Below are positions 29,681-42,479 of a stretch of DNA of 64,000 nucleotides, one piece after another. Position 1 is the stretch's first letter, and every line of letters starts with the position of its first letter. The notes beneath the pieces were generated by a model. The model worked only from the letters and a program-made list of their open reading frames with translations. It did not search any database and had not been told where the DNA came from. A program made the position numbers and the translations under genes. The stretch is from Haplodiscus bocki (taxonomy: Eukaryota): the NCBI GenBank assembly GCA_965655095.1, contig OZ296649.1, forward strand, positions 95,666,001-95,730,000, given 5' to 3'.

Positions 29681-30436
29681 CTACAACCACCAACCCAAAC
29701 AGAACACACGGATATCTGTACCTTAACGAAATAAATACCCATTGTGTTAAAACACAATCAACTTTTATGTATTTTAACACTATCATTCGGAAGTTACGGA
29801 TCTCAAATACGCAAGTTCATAATGATTACACATACCATTATATTTTCTTTTTTCCGTGTCCCACCTTGTTTATACTCAAGCGATTATTGTGAATCAACTG
29901 CTTTTTTCCCCCGTTCAATACTTTGATTCCAAAAAGACAATTGTTTTGTCCACTTTTCTCATCAACTCGAAGAAAATATGACAGAAAGCAACAACCGACA
30001 TGGGTAGAATCTCTCCCAGAGGTACAAAATATCCAAATTTTGCGCTTTTCTTAATCATTCACGTTTACCAAAATACAAGATATAAAGTTTTACCAGAAAA
30101 AATCTATTTTGCAACCAACCTTGACAATTCTTTAAAACTCAGTGAAACTAGATCCTTGTCATATATCAAGTTGGTTTTATTACTCATACCGGTTCAAGGG
30201 AATAGCAAAAAAGAATTGGTAGCCCGATGGACTGGCACATGAAAGGAAAATTTGAAAACGATTTGAAAACTAATTACTGTTGATGTTCGTGGTAAAAAAT
30301 TTCAGCAAATGATGGATATGTCCAGCGTTATAGATCAAAACTCAAGTGTTAGGTTTGGAACATTGTACATGCGTGCATCTTTTCACTCAAAAGTTGATTC
30401 CACTGTGAAATCGTTTATTGAAATCAAGACGACAAG
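29681..30436 (+). repeat. Long-monomer segment, copy 4
   Basis: Same boundaries; closest to copy 3. Confidence 0.9.
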
Positions 30437-31199
30437 TTAAAAAATATACTAGCTGTGCTTTGAAGTGAACAAACTCCAGTTTTGACAAAGTTGTGTTGGG
30501 CTTAAAGTAACCATTTTTACGGAACGATGTCTAGTAGTAGGAAACAGAAGTTATTTCGTTCTTATCGAAATGGCTTCGCGGTGGTTACAAAAGTGCCAAC
30601 ATTATCTTTCAACTTCTTTTACTCACAAAGAAAAATAAGAAAGAACACCCATTGCTATTAAGATCAATCTTTCATGTAGAACCTAAAAGTGGTCGAACAC
30701 ATTTGTTTGCTACACAAAACGCTAGTGATAATAACCAAGTTGATCATAATGCAACAGAGCCTGATGGAAATGATAATTGGCTTAGAATTCACCCGAATAG
30801 AAAAAAAAGGTTTTTTGAACAAAATTTTGTGGACAAAGTATTCCTAAGGAACCCTTAGAGTCCTTTGTAAAACGTTACGCTATGATTTTTTTTCACGATA
30901 GCATTCCAACTACCGAAGAAAATAGAAACCTTTGCAGTCTCGTGGGACAATCCAAATGGGAATAGGAACAACGAATCTCATTTGAACATTGAACAAATGT
31001 TTCACGGAAACGATTCAAAGCAATGCCGGTTAACGCATTTGCATGGCTTTTTATATCCTAACAAAATGTGGCTTTTGTTATGCAAAACACAATTTTCTCT
31101 TTTGCAGCTACAACACTCAGGTACATTGACACTCAGGTACAATTTCTCGCAGTCTTGTTAACGTCATCAAGAGGAATCAGTCTAAAACAAACAGTAAGC

Positions 31200-34100
31200 T
31201 TTTAGAACAAAATTCTTAAGAAGAAAGTGATGACGAGAATCTGAAATTACCTCCACCAAGTCAATCATTTTCTAATTCAACCAATTCGATTAAAACAGAT
31301 TCCTCAAACACACCCATAGTATCTAATCCAACTACCCAAAAAGTTATAGAAGAAAAAATTACTCCACCTCAAGTCAATACACCTACCTCCCTTCCTATTT
31401 AATCAATTCCAACAACCACTAATCTAAGCGCACCTCTAGATTATCAAACAACCAATTGTTTCTACTATCCCAAAAATTTTATTGAACTCGTAAGCAACAG
31501 GCATTATCAAGAAAACAAATTGGTATTGACAAATTAAATTACTGGTTTCTCCTCAAACATCCGTCTTCTCAAAACCCTTTTCTTTATAGGGATTGCATTA
31601 TTACAATACCACAAATTACAGAACTGCCAGAAAGTTTTCAAGACTGACTTGTTTTTGATCAAATTAAATTCTGAATATTAAACTGTTGCCAAGGAACCTA
31701 TCAAAATTGTGTCTCTTGAAACCGTTGTTTGAGCTATATATCTGCAGCAGATCTTCCACACAAAGTTTTTTCGCCTTTCATATATACCTTGATAGTTTCA
31801 CATAATGAAAAAAAATGTCACAAGATAAACCAACAGTAAAGTTTGAGAAGATATCTCCAAAAGCAACTTCTATATGCTGTTTTTGACATCTACTGTGCAG
31901 TTTGGCGTCAATTAAAGAAAAACTTACATTTAAGTTGCCTCATTTTCGTTTTTTCTCTATTATATTTGTGAAAATAGTTGAAAATAACTGTTTCTACCTG
32001 TGCATTTGAAAACTGTAAGCATTTTTTGCAGAATTTCCCACAATCACATTATGCTAATCAAACTCTCGACCCAGGTATTTAGTTTGGCCACCTTCAAAAG
32101 CCCCCATTTTCACGACTTTTACTCATTTCTGAGCTCCTATGCCTTCAAACTTTTTTAATTTTCTGGAAACTCTTGATCAAAAATTAACACTATTTTCAAT
32201 TTAGACCGGATGGAATCCGCTGAAACATAAGTTCCCGCTACTCCAATCCAAGATGAGGATCCAACCCTATAGCCCTTCGACACTCTAGTCTCTAACAACG
32301 CTCCATCGCCTCAACTCCCTATCCCACAAACTCAGACGTCAACATGGTCTAGTCCATCCCCTCCACCACTGAATCCCTATTCTCATTCGCAAATAAACTT
32401 TGACTTGCAGGAACGTCCATAAACGTTATTAACAACACATAACACTCAAAACCCCCAAGTCAATAATCTTACAAATTCTTCTTATACCACTCAACAAATA
32501 CTTACAACAACTCATTCTCAACAACCAACTTCTTTTACCCTTACTTCTCTAACTGCTGTATCGACTCTCCAAACAATCCTTGCATTTCCACTAACCATTC
32601 AAAAGACCATTCATTAGCAGCAGTGCATCTATACTTTTTACACTTCTATTAAGCAGTCCATCTATTCTTTCTAAATTGTCTACACAGTTTCCAATTAGTT
32701 TACCCAGTACCCAATCAATGCACGCTGTAGATGTAACCTAAAATTCAGCCCACATGCCAATTCACCAACGACTTACAATCCCTTCTTCTCCTTTACCTCA
32801 GTTTTCAGCAGCTCCCAATTGGATCACAGAAGCCACGCGACCCTTATGTCCACATACACCTCCGTCTCCCATCACAATTAAAGAATCCAGTGACATTCGC
32901 AATCCTCAATTGAACTCGCAAGCCTTTCGTTGTAGCCCTACATTATATCAATTGCGTATGCAGGAAACCAATGACCAATTTCAAAGCACTGCATTAAACT
33001 AAACCAAAGATCACATATTTTCACGTGTCAAAAAACCGACTGAATTTTATGATTTTTCTTTTAAATGAAGTTTATCTTCATGCACTTAAACTTCAACCTA
33101 ATTCAACCCAGTAAACTTGAATTTTTAACTTTAACCACTTCAAACTCTTCCTTTTATCAAATTCCCACATGCACAAAATTTACGCCATCACTCTTCCAAA
33201 GACTTCTAGAGTCATCACACACTGTATTTGAGAAAAAACACACCGTAACATCAAGCTTTCTCCACTTTTTTCACCCTGAGCACAGTACACACTTGACTCC
33301 TCTTACTTGCATAGCTGTATCCGTAAATATGATTCTCTTAAAATTTATTTTTTATACTATTCAAAAAACTACCTAAACCAACATCTCATTGTCCAACGAG
33401 AAGCAAGTTCTTTTAACACATGGCCTCTACCACGTATACTGTAACCAACCACCACCTCACCAACACTTCAAAATCACTCACGTTTCTCTTCTCACTTTTC
33501 TTGACCTATCCCTCCTACCGCACTTCACGTTCATATTCATCTACTAACCTCTTCTGTCAATACTGCACAAGATCACTTTAGAAGCTTAGAAGCACAAAAT
33601 TGATATATAGTCTTCAAACAACTCAACCCCATACAAACAACACTTTTTCTTCGCATGATTCACCTGAAAACTTCGTAATTACCTGCGCGCTATGCAATCT
33701 ATTGCAGGAACCTAACTCGGCACGGTTTGTTGACATATGTAATACTACCAATGAACAGGTTGGACAGTTACAAAATTAACTTCACGAATTGATCTGGAAA
33801 CTAAGTTTTTATCATGAGTTTCTGAAAAAAAAACTTTCTCTCTTAAGGGAACACCTTAATTTATCGGAAGAGTCACACAACCATTTCAACAGGCATTCAA
33901 CAACAACCTTTCATAATAATAAACCCTTTCTCACTGGTGCAGAGCAGTTAGTGGATTTGTGAATGATATTTTTTTCACCTCTACGTTTTCTTGAGAGCAT
34001 TTTCCTAAATATAAATAATCTGGACTGAGCCTTTTTTGTTTTTTCTTAAACTTCAACTGTTTTAGTATTTTTTCAAGATTTAATCATTGATAAATCAAAA

Positions 34101-35300
34101 TGATTGGTCAACATTTTTTGAATAAAGTCAAAAATCCAGTTGTCAGTTTAGTTTTTTGCTTAAAATGGACTTTGCTACCGTTGTGGTATATGTCATCTCT
34201 ATGTACCCGTGTATTGACGATAAAAACCAGGGTCCCATCGAAACGCTTCCGCGATCAGACATTTCACCTTTTCGTCACAGTCCCTAAAAAAACTGTTGCA
34301 ATGTTCATCACTTTTGCTACGTCCAAGATGCGGATACGACAACTCAACTCAGAAGATTTTTACAACAACTGAACACAGAAGACATAAACAACTAATAATT
34401 TTTTATAGACAACAGTTTTAATGAATTCCTAAAAGGAAGTATTGAAGCCAATGTTATAGAACCAATATTCAACTCTGTTGCATAAAGGTTAGAAATTGAA
34501 GTCCTACACTTCGTACAAAAAAAGAAATTGTCGAACTCGACTAAGATTCAACTCGAATTGACTTATGTAATTACTGTGCAGCAACAAAGACTACAATTAC
34601 TGTTTTAGACGACTTAATTTACGACAAACTCACTTCAGTACTCCCGATCCCTATATCTTCTCCTCAAAGAAAAGTAACTGAGACAATTTCTGGCTGCTAT
34701 CAACCAACCAACTTCTCAGTTGTTATCAGCTATCGTTGGCGACAGAAACGTTTTTTCACAGACATCTTCTTTTAAGAAACAATACAAACCGTTTCTGGCA
34801 GCTAATGAACTGTGGAATAGATACTACTCTCATTGCTGATGCTTTCAAGAAAACTTGTAGTAAAACAGAACAACTCTCGTCTTCTTATAAAACATAACAA
34901 CCAAAAAATTACCATTGTTGCTGAATGAAAACCGACTCTAAAATACAACAACATAGAAACAAGCGTTTTGAACCCCGGATAGGATGGACTAATTAACTAA
35001 TTAAAAGAATAAACTATCTAACTAAGGAATGGTAACCAATGAATTGAAAATACAATATACGTTAGAAAGATTGAAGAATTAAACAAAGACGACACAGTAC
35101 ACAGTTTTCTGGAGATTATTGTAAGGCTAACATTTGGGTGACTCGAAATCTAAAAAAAGGTCGTGTGTTCTAGAACTTGCAGTTAACGCGATCAGTACAC
35201 CTCATTTAAGAGGTATATTTACAGAGATTCCTACTAAGACGTTGACTTAGGATCGGGAACAACCTTTGCACATGAAAGACTGCTCAACTTGCTTAGTCCA
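31200..35300 (+). mobile_element. Possible very old LTR-retrotransposon gag-like relic (C/A-rich, low complexity)
   Basis: Strong C/A strand skew with Pro/Thr/Asn/Gln/Ser-rich broken frames. Only weak motif hints: DYCK at ~35115 (knuckle-like) and VDLGSGT at ~35240 (protease-like). Confidence 0.22.
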
Positions 35301-36149
35301 CATACGAAAACTTTACAAATCAGAGAAAACATCTTCCTGCAATTTCGGCAAAATGTTTTTCGAAGTTCATTTTTGGAAAAAAAATTCAGCGAAGAATTCT
35401 TATAGAGCTCAAAAGTTATTTACATGCATTTCTTAATATTGAGGTTTATTGCAGGAGAAAAACGTCCCGATCAGCTTTTTTCGGCATTGGTTAGAATGAC
35501 ATTGGATTAAACCGAACAAGGAAAACAGCAGCATGGTGATGTTTTCTGTCAACCGGAACGTAAAAATGTTTGAGTAGAAACGCTAAAATTAGTTTGACAC
35601 AGAGAACTTGTAATTTAGTTGTAGCGCGAATCCGAGAATTGTGATACGCAAAAACAACTTCGATTCCATTACAGACAGCAGCATCACCAATAGCGCTGTC
35701 CGAATAGCGAGAAAGTACACAACAAAACAAAGAAGGAGATGGAGGGTCTAAAGTAATAAAGCAAGACTTAACAAGTACTCCTATGAAATACCTTGAAAAG
35801 AACATTTTTGTGCAATAAAGATATCTTATAAGTGTTACTATTTCTATACGTATTTCAAAATATACATAATATTATTAACATGAAGTACACTATTAAATCT
35901 ACAATGTATGCTACAAATTTCTGTCTTTTACATTTAAGTGAAAATTGCAACCCAACCTTCTCTTGTCTTCTACTCAACGTTTTTTTCAAACAGTATCCTT
36001 TAAAGTCTGCCATCGCTCCCAAAATGAAAACCCAGTGATGCTCACGCAAACAACTTCCATCAATCAGCTGCTGCAAAAACGACCAATTGAAACCTGCTGT
36101 TCTACTGCTCACTGACCAGAAAAACATAATTTCTTCAAATATTCGAATT

Positions 36150-37400
36150 CTTCGCTTTATATCTTTTACAATTCCTTATTCAATGGGGTCAACCCCAAAA
36201 AAAATGACAGGAACCCAAAAAACCAATCGTCGACGAATCTGAAAGTTAAATTCCGCTCGACCGATTCACTTTTATCAATCAATGCTGTGAAGGTTTCAAC
36301 ATTCTGACTATCAATACAAACTTCCCATGCATTACAAAACTGACGCTAGCTTTCATTAAGAGCCTTCCAAAAGTTGAATACTGTCGCCTGGGACCTTGAA
36401 TGCTAAATCCCAGTTGGCACGATAAGATAAAAATTTTTTTACAAAACTGATGAAAATTCCATTGATAGACAAAAACAATTGATCAGAATTCCAAAGGGAA
36501 GAAAACTGATAAGCACGGTTTGGAAAAACGTTTAAAAGCAAGACGTGGTAATATGACACCGTGATGGAAAAAAATCAACGACGTTTTCACAGAAAGTTTT
36601 GGCTTCAATACCAAACAAAGTCAAAATTAATTGCAGTTATTGGCACTCTTGGCCTATCTGTTTTCCCATAAAATCTACAAAATACTTAAAAGCTTTTGAA
36701 GACCCCGCAACAAATACCAAACTGTCGAGTTAAGAAGCGTTGATAGCGAATATCCATCAGGCAGTTACGGAGAGGAGAGATTTTGTACATATAGAAAGAA
36801 CCACTATTGAAGGCGAGCTCCTTAGCATTATCAGCCTAAGATGTTCTCAAATTAGGGAAAATATTGCGTATCTAATTTATCGATAAACTTTTCATACATA
36901 AAAAGCTGCCAGCAGTCCTTGATTGGCAAAATCTAGTCACTTTTCCTGGAAGAACTTGAGTTGAAAAATAGATGAAAACTATAGCGAAACTCAAATTTGG
37001 CCATTTTGCAGTTTCGGTTAGTCAATGGAAGGATCATGACCCGCGAAAATGACATTGACAGAAAAATTGCAAAATAGAAACGAAAAAGGGCGATGGATAC
37101 ATTAATTATTGAACCAAGCTGGATAGTTTTGAAGAATAGAGAACTTGATATTCAAGAGAAATCAATTTTTTTTTGCAATTTTGGACAATTTTCTCTGAAA
37201 GTTTCCTGTGCAACGAATCAAATCGTTGCAGATTTTCTGGACCAAAAGATTGCAGATATCTGACAATTGAAAATTTGATGGAGAAAATGCGACCGACCGT
37301 TACTTCCAGAAATTGCGTGAATGAGATTCTTTTCCGAAAAAAAAACAATTCTTTCTGCAGTTTCTTGGCAATTCTTATCTAACGAACTCAACTTATGATT
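36150..37400 (+). mobile_element. Decayed non-LTR (LINE) reverse transcriptase relic
   Basis: Collinear degenerate motifs with frameshifts: KKMTG (~K..GPD), PSW, IPL, FGFNTKQS..LQLL at ~36598 (~QFGFR..RST..QLL), LKAFE at ~36689 (~KAFD), ERRDFVHI (~NR.Q.V.I), LEEL (~ADDL). Confidence 0.45.
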
Positions 37401-38779
37401 TCTCATTGATTATCTGCAAAAAAACTGTGAATCGAGGTTTCAATGAAAGTTTCTGACCCGCTAGTTTTAAATGAAAGTTGAGTTTGAGTTTTTTTTTGAA
37501 AAAATATTATATGTTGCTGTAATTTTTAACACTTTCCGAACCAGTTTGTTATTCGTGAAAGGATAAATTTTCACAAAATGGATCTTTCCAGTTGAGAAGA
37601 TGATGGTTAAAGCCCAACCCAGTTTCGGAGAATTCTGTTTGAGTTTCCCAAGACTCTTTTTTTTATATTTTCGAGTTTTTGGGTCTTTCGATTTTGCACT
37701 GAAACTCACAAAAGAGACCAAATGGACACTTATTTTATTGAATGAAATTCTAGAAGTAGAAATCGTTGATGGATTCCCTGATGGATGAAGCCCAGTTGAA
37801 AGTTTTGAGAAAAAGGGTTTTTGAAAAAAATATTGATACTTATGCAATTTTTAGCTTCCTTTACTGTCATAATTGCTATGCACAGAACGGATATTTTCGC
37901 TAACTAATTTCCTCGAAGTGGAAATTTGTCGGTTGATATTTTGATGAAGGATTTTTTGTCAGGTAGTTTTGGAGAAAAACAAAGACCTTAAACAAGAAGA
38001 ATAATTGATGCCACATGTTTTTTGGCCTTCTCAGGGCTGTGACTATATTCCTGGAAAAGGTTTAACAAATATTTTCGAAATTCATGCAGCAGAATCACCC
38101 AGTGTACAAATAGTTGAATGAGCTTTCCAGGAAAAACAATTCAAGTTTTTAAGCTGAAAGCATTATAAAAAAGGAAAATCAAAAATTATCAGGCGGTCGT
38201 AGTATTTTCCTGTTTCTTGTCACATAATTGAAAAATGAAAAGAAAGTTGTCTCATGTAATTAAAAAATGCATAAGTTTTGAGAAAAAGAAAAAGATGTGT
38301 CAAAACCCCAAGAAAAAGATTGAATAACCCTGTATCTTGGGACAAAAATTATCGAACATTGTTAAAACTTTGAAAGTATGAACATAGTAGGTTTTTAGTT
38401 TGTACAACGATTCGAATCGACTACGTTACCAGTGGGCTACCTAATCGCAGTAACATCTGCCATATGTATTATACAAAACGCTAGGAAGTCTGCATCACGA
38501 AGTCTGCACGGAGTCGGAAAATTGTGAAAAAAGAGAAAAAACTCCGATATCGGATTGAATATTTTCGTTTCGATGTTTTGACGAAAAATAACAGTTTGCC
38601 CCAGGACTAATTGTTTCATTTTGAAGAAAGCAGCCAAAAACATGCTTTAATTTCGACAAGCTAAATTACATCTCTTCTTTGGGTCTGAACTAATCCAATA
38701 AATCCAATATGCTATTTTACCTAACTTGCCTCTGAGACGTTCGGACACATCGGCAGTTTGTTGATTTCGTTAGTAGTTT

Positions 38780-39260
38780 GGGGACGGCGCCAAGGGCGAA
38801 AAGAAATTTTTCTAAAGGATGATCCCTAAATCCGTTTCGCAATAACATCTAAAGGCATCGTATGCTCATGCGGCATCTAAAAATCTAAACACATCGAGTG
38901 TAAGACGTTAGTCCTTTGGATGTTGTCCCTGGAGAAGTGGTATATACTCCGTCCCCTCGATATTAAGGCCAGTCATTTTTGCAAAATAATCAGTCGGCTA
39001 TCGACATATTGTGAAAACAAGCTCGCAGCAAAAGACAAGTCAATACCAATTTTCGTTCCTCGACTTCTAGGCATAATCTTCAAGGTGATATTGCACCAAA
39101 ATTATGAAAATCAAAGATGTTACGCCTGTTCTTTGGAAGAATCTTTCGAAAATGAAACCGGAAATTTTAGATATCTCCAAGAAAATTACTAAATTAAGTT
39201 TTCTTCTTTTGCTTAATATGAGCTGGTGCCTTACTCGTGAGATCCAACAGACTCTTATCT
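38780..39260 (+). mobile_element. Decayed Tc1/Tc3-like (DD34E) transposase relic
   Basis: EKKF/LKDDP at 38798 (~DEKKFNLDGPDG); SKH....LVLW (~GGSVMVW); GYRHIV; LQGDIAPKL*KSK..FF at 39078 (~FQQDNAP.H.SK); EILD...NMSWCLTREI (~LDWP..SPDLNPIENLW..L.R). Order and spacing fit. Confidence 0.55.
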
Positions 39261-40149
39261 TGTTACCCGAGTTTATGGAAGAAGATATCCAGGTCGAAAA
39301 ATACGAGCTCATTTTGTTCGAACTTCTCATTCGTTCAAAAAGATGCTCGGAATAAAAATGGAGAACCAAAGGCAATTTTCTTGCATACGACGAAGGCAAC
39401 TATCCACTGGCTACGGATGGGCTGCCAAAAAAAACAAAAGTTTCATATTGTTAACGTATCAGAATGAAGAAATTTTCGGCGAACAAACTGATTTCGGTTG
39501 AACAATTTCATGAATATTAATAATAAATGAGCACAAAATCTCCACCGCGTAAAGCAATCTATATATAGTAAACTTTTGACTAAGTCCGAGATAACAGAAA
39601 ACCCTTTTTGGTAGTTGACTAAAACTGACAACACATGCTTTTGAAGCAATGTTAATTCAATCTAAATGTAGTAGGCTTTCGATTAATCCCTAAATAAAAA
39701 AGAATGCAGTGGATATTTTTATTTAAAAAATACTTTTACAAGTTGATCAAAATCAGCATTGTAGATTTTTTTGGTGGCACTTTTAGACTATCATATCAAT
39801 ACAATAAAAACGAAACGCGAAATTAGGATCTGATTTCAGGGAAACCTTGGCTGGAAACGAGAAAAGAAGACGTTTTTCAGAAAAACTGTTTTTTAAAATC
39901 AAAAATTTTGAGGTAGAAAAAAATACTTGGATATCATATATTTCCTGGGAACTTTTTTCCTCGGTCCTAAAAATTTAGTTTCAAGGTACACTTCCAAATT
40001 ATCCAAGGACCATCATGAATACGATCGTCACGCAAGATTCAGGGAAGAGTTTTTAACGGCGTTTCAAAAAACGAGACCCTAGTTCTCCTTTCATCGAGTT
40101 ATAAATTAGGTAATGCTAACGCACGACGAAGGAGGAAGAGCTTTAAATT

Positions 40150-40720
40150 GTTTTCACTCGGCAAATCCTGAATTGCTCAAGTGATGTCCGAAAATTGAGA
40201 AAAAAATGGAACCCGTACATTTCCAAACTCGACACACTTTCTATTCTATTTACTGACGTTTGGTGAAAGAAATTCGAGGAATCAAGATTTTTTCGACAAA
40301 TCCGATGTCTTTTGGAATAAAGTGACAATTATTAGAACGTTTTTTTTTATACGCATTGAAAAAAAAGGCTGCAAAACGTCAATTCTTGAACTTCTGTATG
40401 AGTGCGTATACAGTTAATGGAAGAATGAAACTGTAGAAAGCCACGATTAAATCTACCATAAATTTCCTGTCTCTTCCGAAAACATTTTTGGCAATTTTCT
40501 AAACAATATTGCCATTTATGAGCATGTTATCGTAATACGCCAGATGTGGAATGAAAGCAAACAATTAATTGAAGCCTCTAGTCCGGATTTTCTGGCGGGA
40601 ATATGCCAACTCGCCTTGCAGCCAACCCAGGTTCAACAACAATGATTTTAATATTTTCATTATTTCTGGAAATTTCTCGAGTTTGTTTAAAATCTTTACG
40701 TTTACAGTGAAATAGCGGAG
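40150..40720 (-). mobile_element. Possible LINE apurinic-endonuclease relic
   Basis: FTVNVKILNKLEKF..IIVVEPGL (~NVR.L.NK...II.V.ETWL), followed by an R.RG-like stretch; weak. Confidence 0.27.
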
Positions 40721-41349
40721 CTCCACAACCGCTTTACCCGAAAAATTATCCGAGCTCACCCATACTTGTATTGAGCGTTTTTAAGAATTGAACCGAATTA
40801 ACCTTTTGCTTGCCTATTTTTGGATGAACCAGATTTCTTTTAGGGGCTATTATTGTCGAAAATTTATCGCAAAATTGAAACATTTCATGTCTCACCTGCG
40901 TTTTATTTGTTACGTATATATACAGAACGCATCAAAAATTTGTCTCAGCAGCACCCAACGTAAAAACGTCTATATTTTGCAGAAACTGCAGATTTTACCG
41001 AAAATTGACGGTAACAAAAGTTTCTGGGGATTTGCGAAAGAATGAAACGCTTTTGCTTGAAATAAATCGGGCTTTTACTTTAAAAGTTTGAGAAGTAGAG
41101 ACGCTTCAACGCTAGTTTGAATGTACAACGATGCTATGATGCCAAGACAACTTCTGACACGTACTATATATTCTAATCAATTGGGTTGCATGTTGCTTCG
41201 ACGCCAATGAAAGCTCGAATGACACAGAAACGGTATCTTAAGAATTATCGCATCTGAATTATCGCATTTTTGGCTCCGAAAGAAATTATTCAACAAGGCA
41301 CCGGACATAAATAACTATTACGCTTTTGTATTCTCCCTTATTGAACCTT

Positions 41350-42350
41350 TTTGTAGTGATCAAAAAGACCAAGACGCGGAAAAGACCAATTTAAAGTGGG
41401 AACATCTCAGAAAATCGATACGAGTTTCTTTGTTTTCAAATACTCGTTGTTGAAATACATAGGATAATTTATTTTTGTTGATTGTTGTCAACCCTATATT
41501 CTCGTTACCCATATCTTCTAGGCTGATATTTTTGTGATTTTCAACTTCCAGAATGATGATTCCCTGTTCTTAGATTCTGCCCGAATAATATTTTAAAGAC
41601 TTCTCCATGGTCGAAAGTTTAATTTGCAAATTTGTCGCCTTATTGGACAATGCAGGCTGCTACGTGTACCTAACAAATTATGCGAGCGCCGGATCGGCAA
41701 TTTGGAGTTTATGCACAGTTTGAGTATTAATGAACAGTTACTCAAAAATATTTTAGGTCCTCGTTCACTTCACCCCATATCATTTAATCTCACGCCCATT
41801 TCAACCCAATTATAATTAGCACCATAACAATGAAAATAGCAGCGTCAAAATCTTTGCTCTATTAAAAGTGTCTTAGTCTAATTAATAGCAATTAGCAAGT
41901 AAAATAACCAACTTTGAGACAAAAATGTTTCGATTCGCACCAATATCAACCATCTGAGAACGAAAATAGTCGGCGCTGCTCCTTAGACTCGAATTATTTG
42001 TAGCGACCAATGGTGTTGTATATTTTGGGTTTTCAGACTTCGATACAAATGAAAACAGGGGCGTGTATCACAATTACGGTATTCGTTTTTTTTAAAAAAA
42101 AACTGTACGTAGATATAAAACTAACATTTTGGGTATTTTTTGGAAAAATTTTGGTGAATGCAAAGGTGAAGTGGTATCATGGGGGAAATTATCTCGAAAA
42201 CTTTTGGTATCAACTCCAAGAACTTTCGGCTTCCGGGAACTTTTTTTTCTTTTTATTTTAGTTGAAAAAGTGTTCGGTAAATCGCAAAGAAAAATTGGAA
42301 ACTAATTACTATGGTATATTAGAAGATTTAGGCATTGTTAAAGTATTGTT
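41350..42350 (+). mobile_element. Decayed LINE reverse transcriptase relic
   Basis: VVNPIF; FSMVESLI (~FSKVFEKLI); RQFG/FMHSLSINEQLL at ~41695; VATNGV (~VTSGVPQG); EDLGIV at ~42322 (~KDLGI). Order fits. Confidence 0.45.
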
Positions 42351-42479
42351 TCTGACAAATCAGAAACTGTAGTTTTTGATTTTTTAAATCATGCAACGGG
42401 TTATCAAGAGAAAAATCAGAAAAAATGGATGGAAGTGGACACAATGAATTTTCACAAACTATTAGAAAAAAGTTAATTG

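Larger units (their letters stand above)
1..30845 (+). repeat. Head-to-tail tandem macrosatellite, about 19-20 monomers of 1.42/1.47/2.22 kb; continues past the left edge
   Basis: Marker atgtctagta recurs at 1152, 2572, 4047, 5468, 6943, 8417, 9831, 11248, 12663, 14080, 16242, 18456, 20204, 21675, 23147, 25366, 26835, 28306 and 30527. Spacings are 1414-1421, 1469-1475, 2162-2221 and one of 1748. Similarity stops after ggacaaagtattcct at 30845. Confidence 0.97.

Noticed and set aside
1-30845. Array as rDNA, 5S, histone or snRNA tandem cluster, or as a CRISPR array
   Set aside because: No recognisable rRNA, snRNA, tRNA or histone sequence. Monomers are kb-sized with no repeat-spacer structure, and the context is eukaryotic.
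898-30858. Recurrent short ORFs (MSSSRKEKLF..., MDLPKKKL..., MFSKSIFH...) as a tandem gene family
   Set aside because: Length, frame and stops vary freely between copies, many use non-ATG starts, and they are out-of-register pieces of the decayed element.
35491-35805. 104-aa minus-strand ORF
   Set aside because: No recognisable domain, splice context or partner exons.
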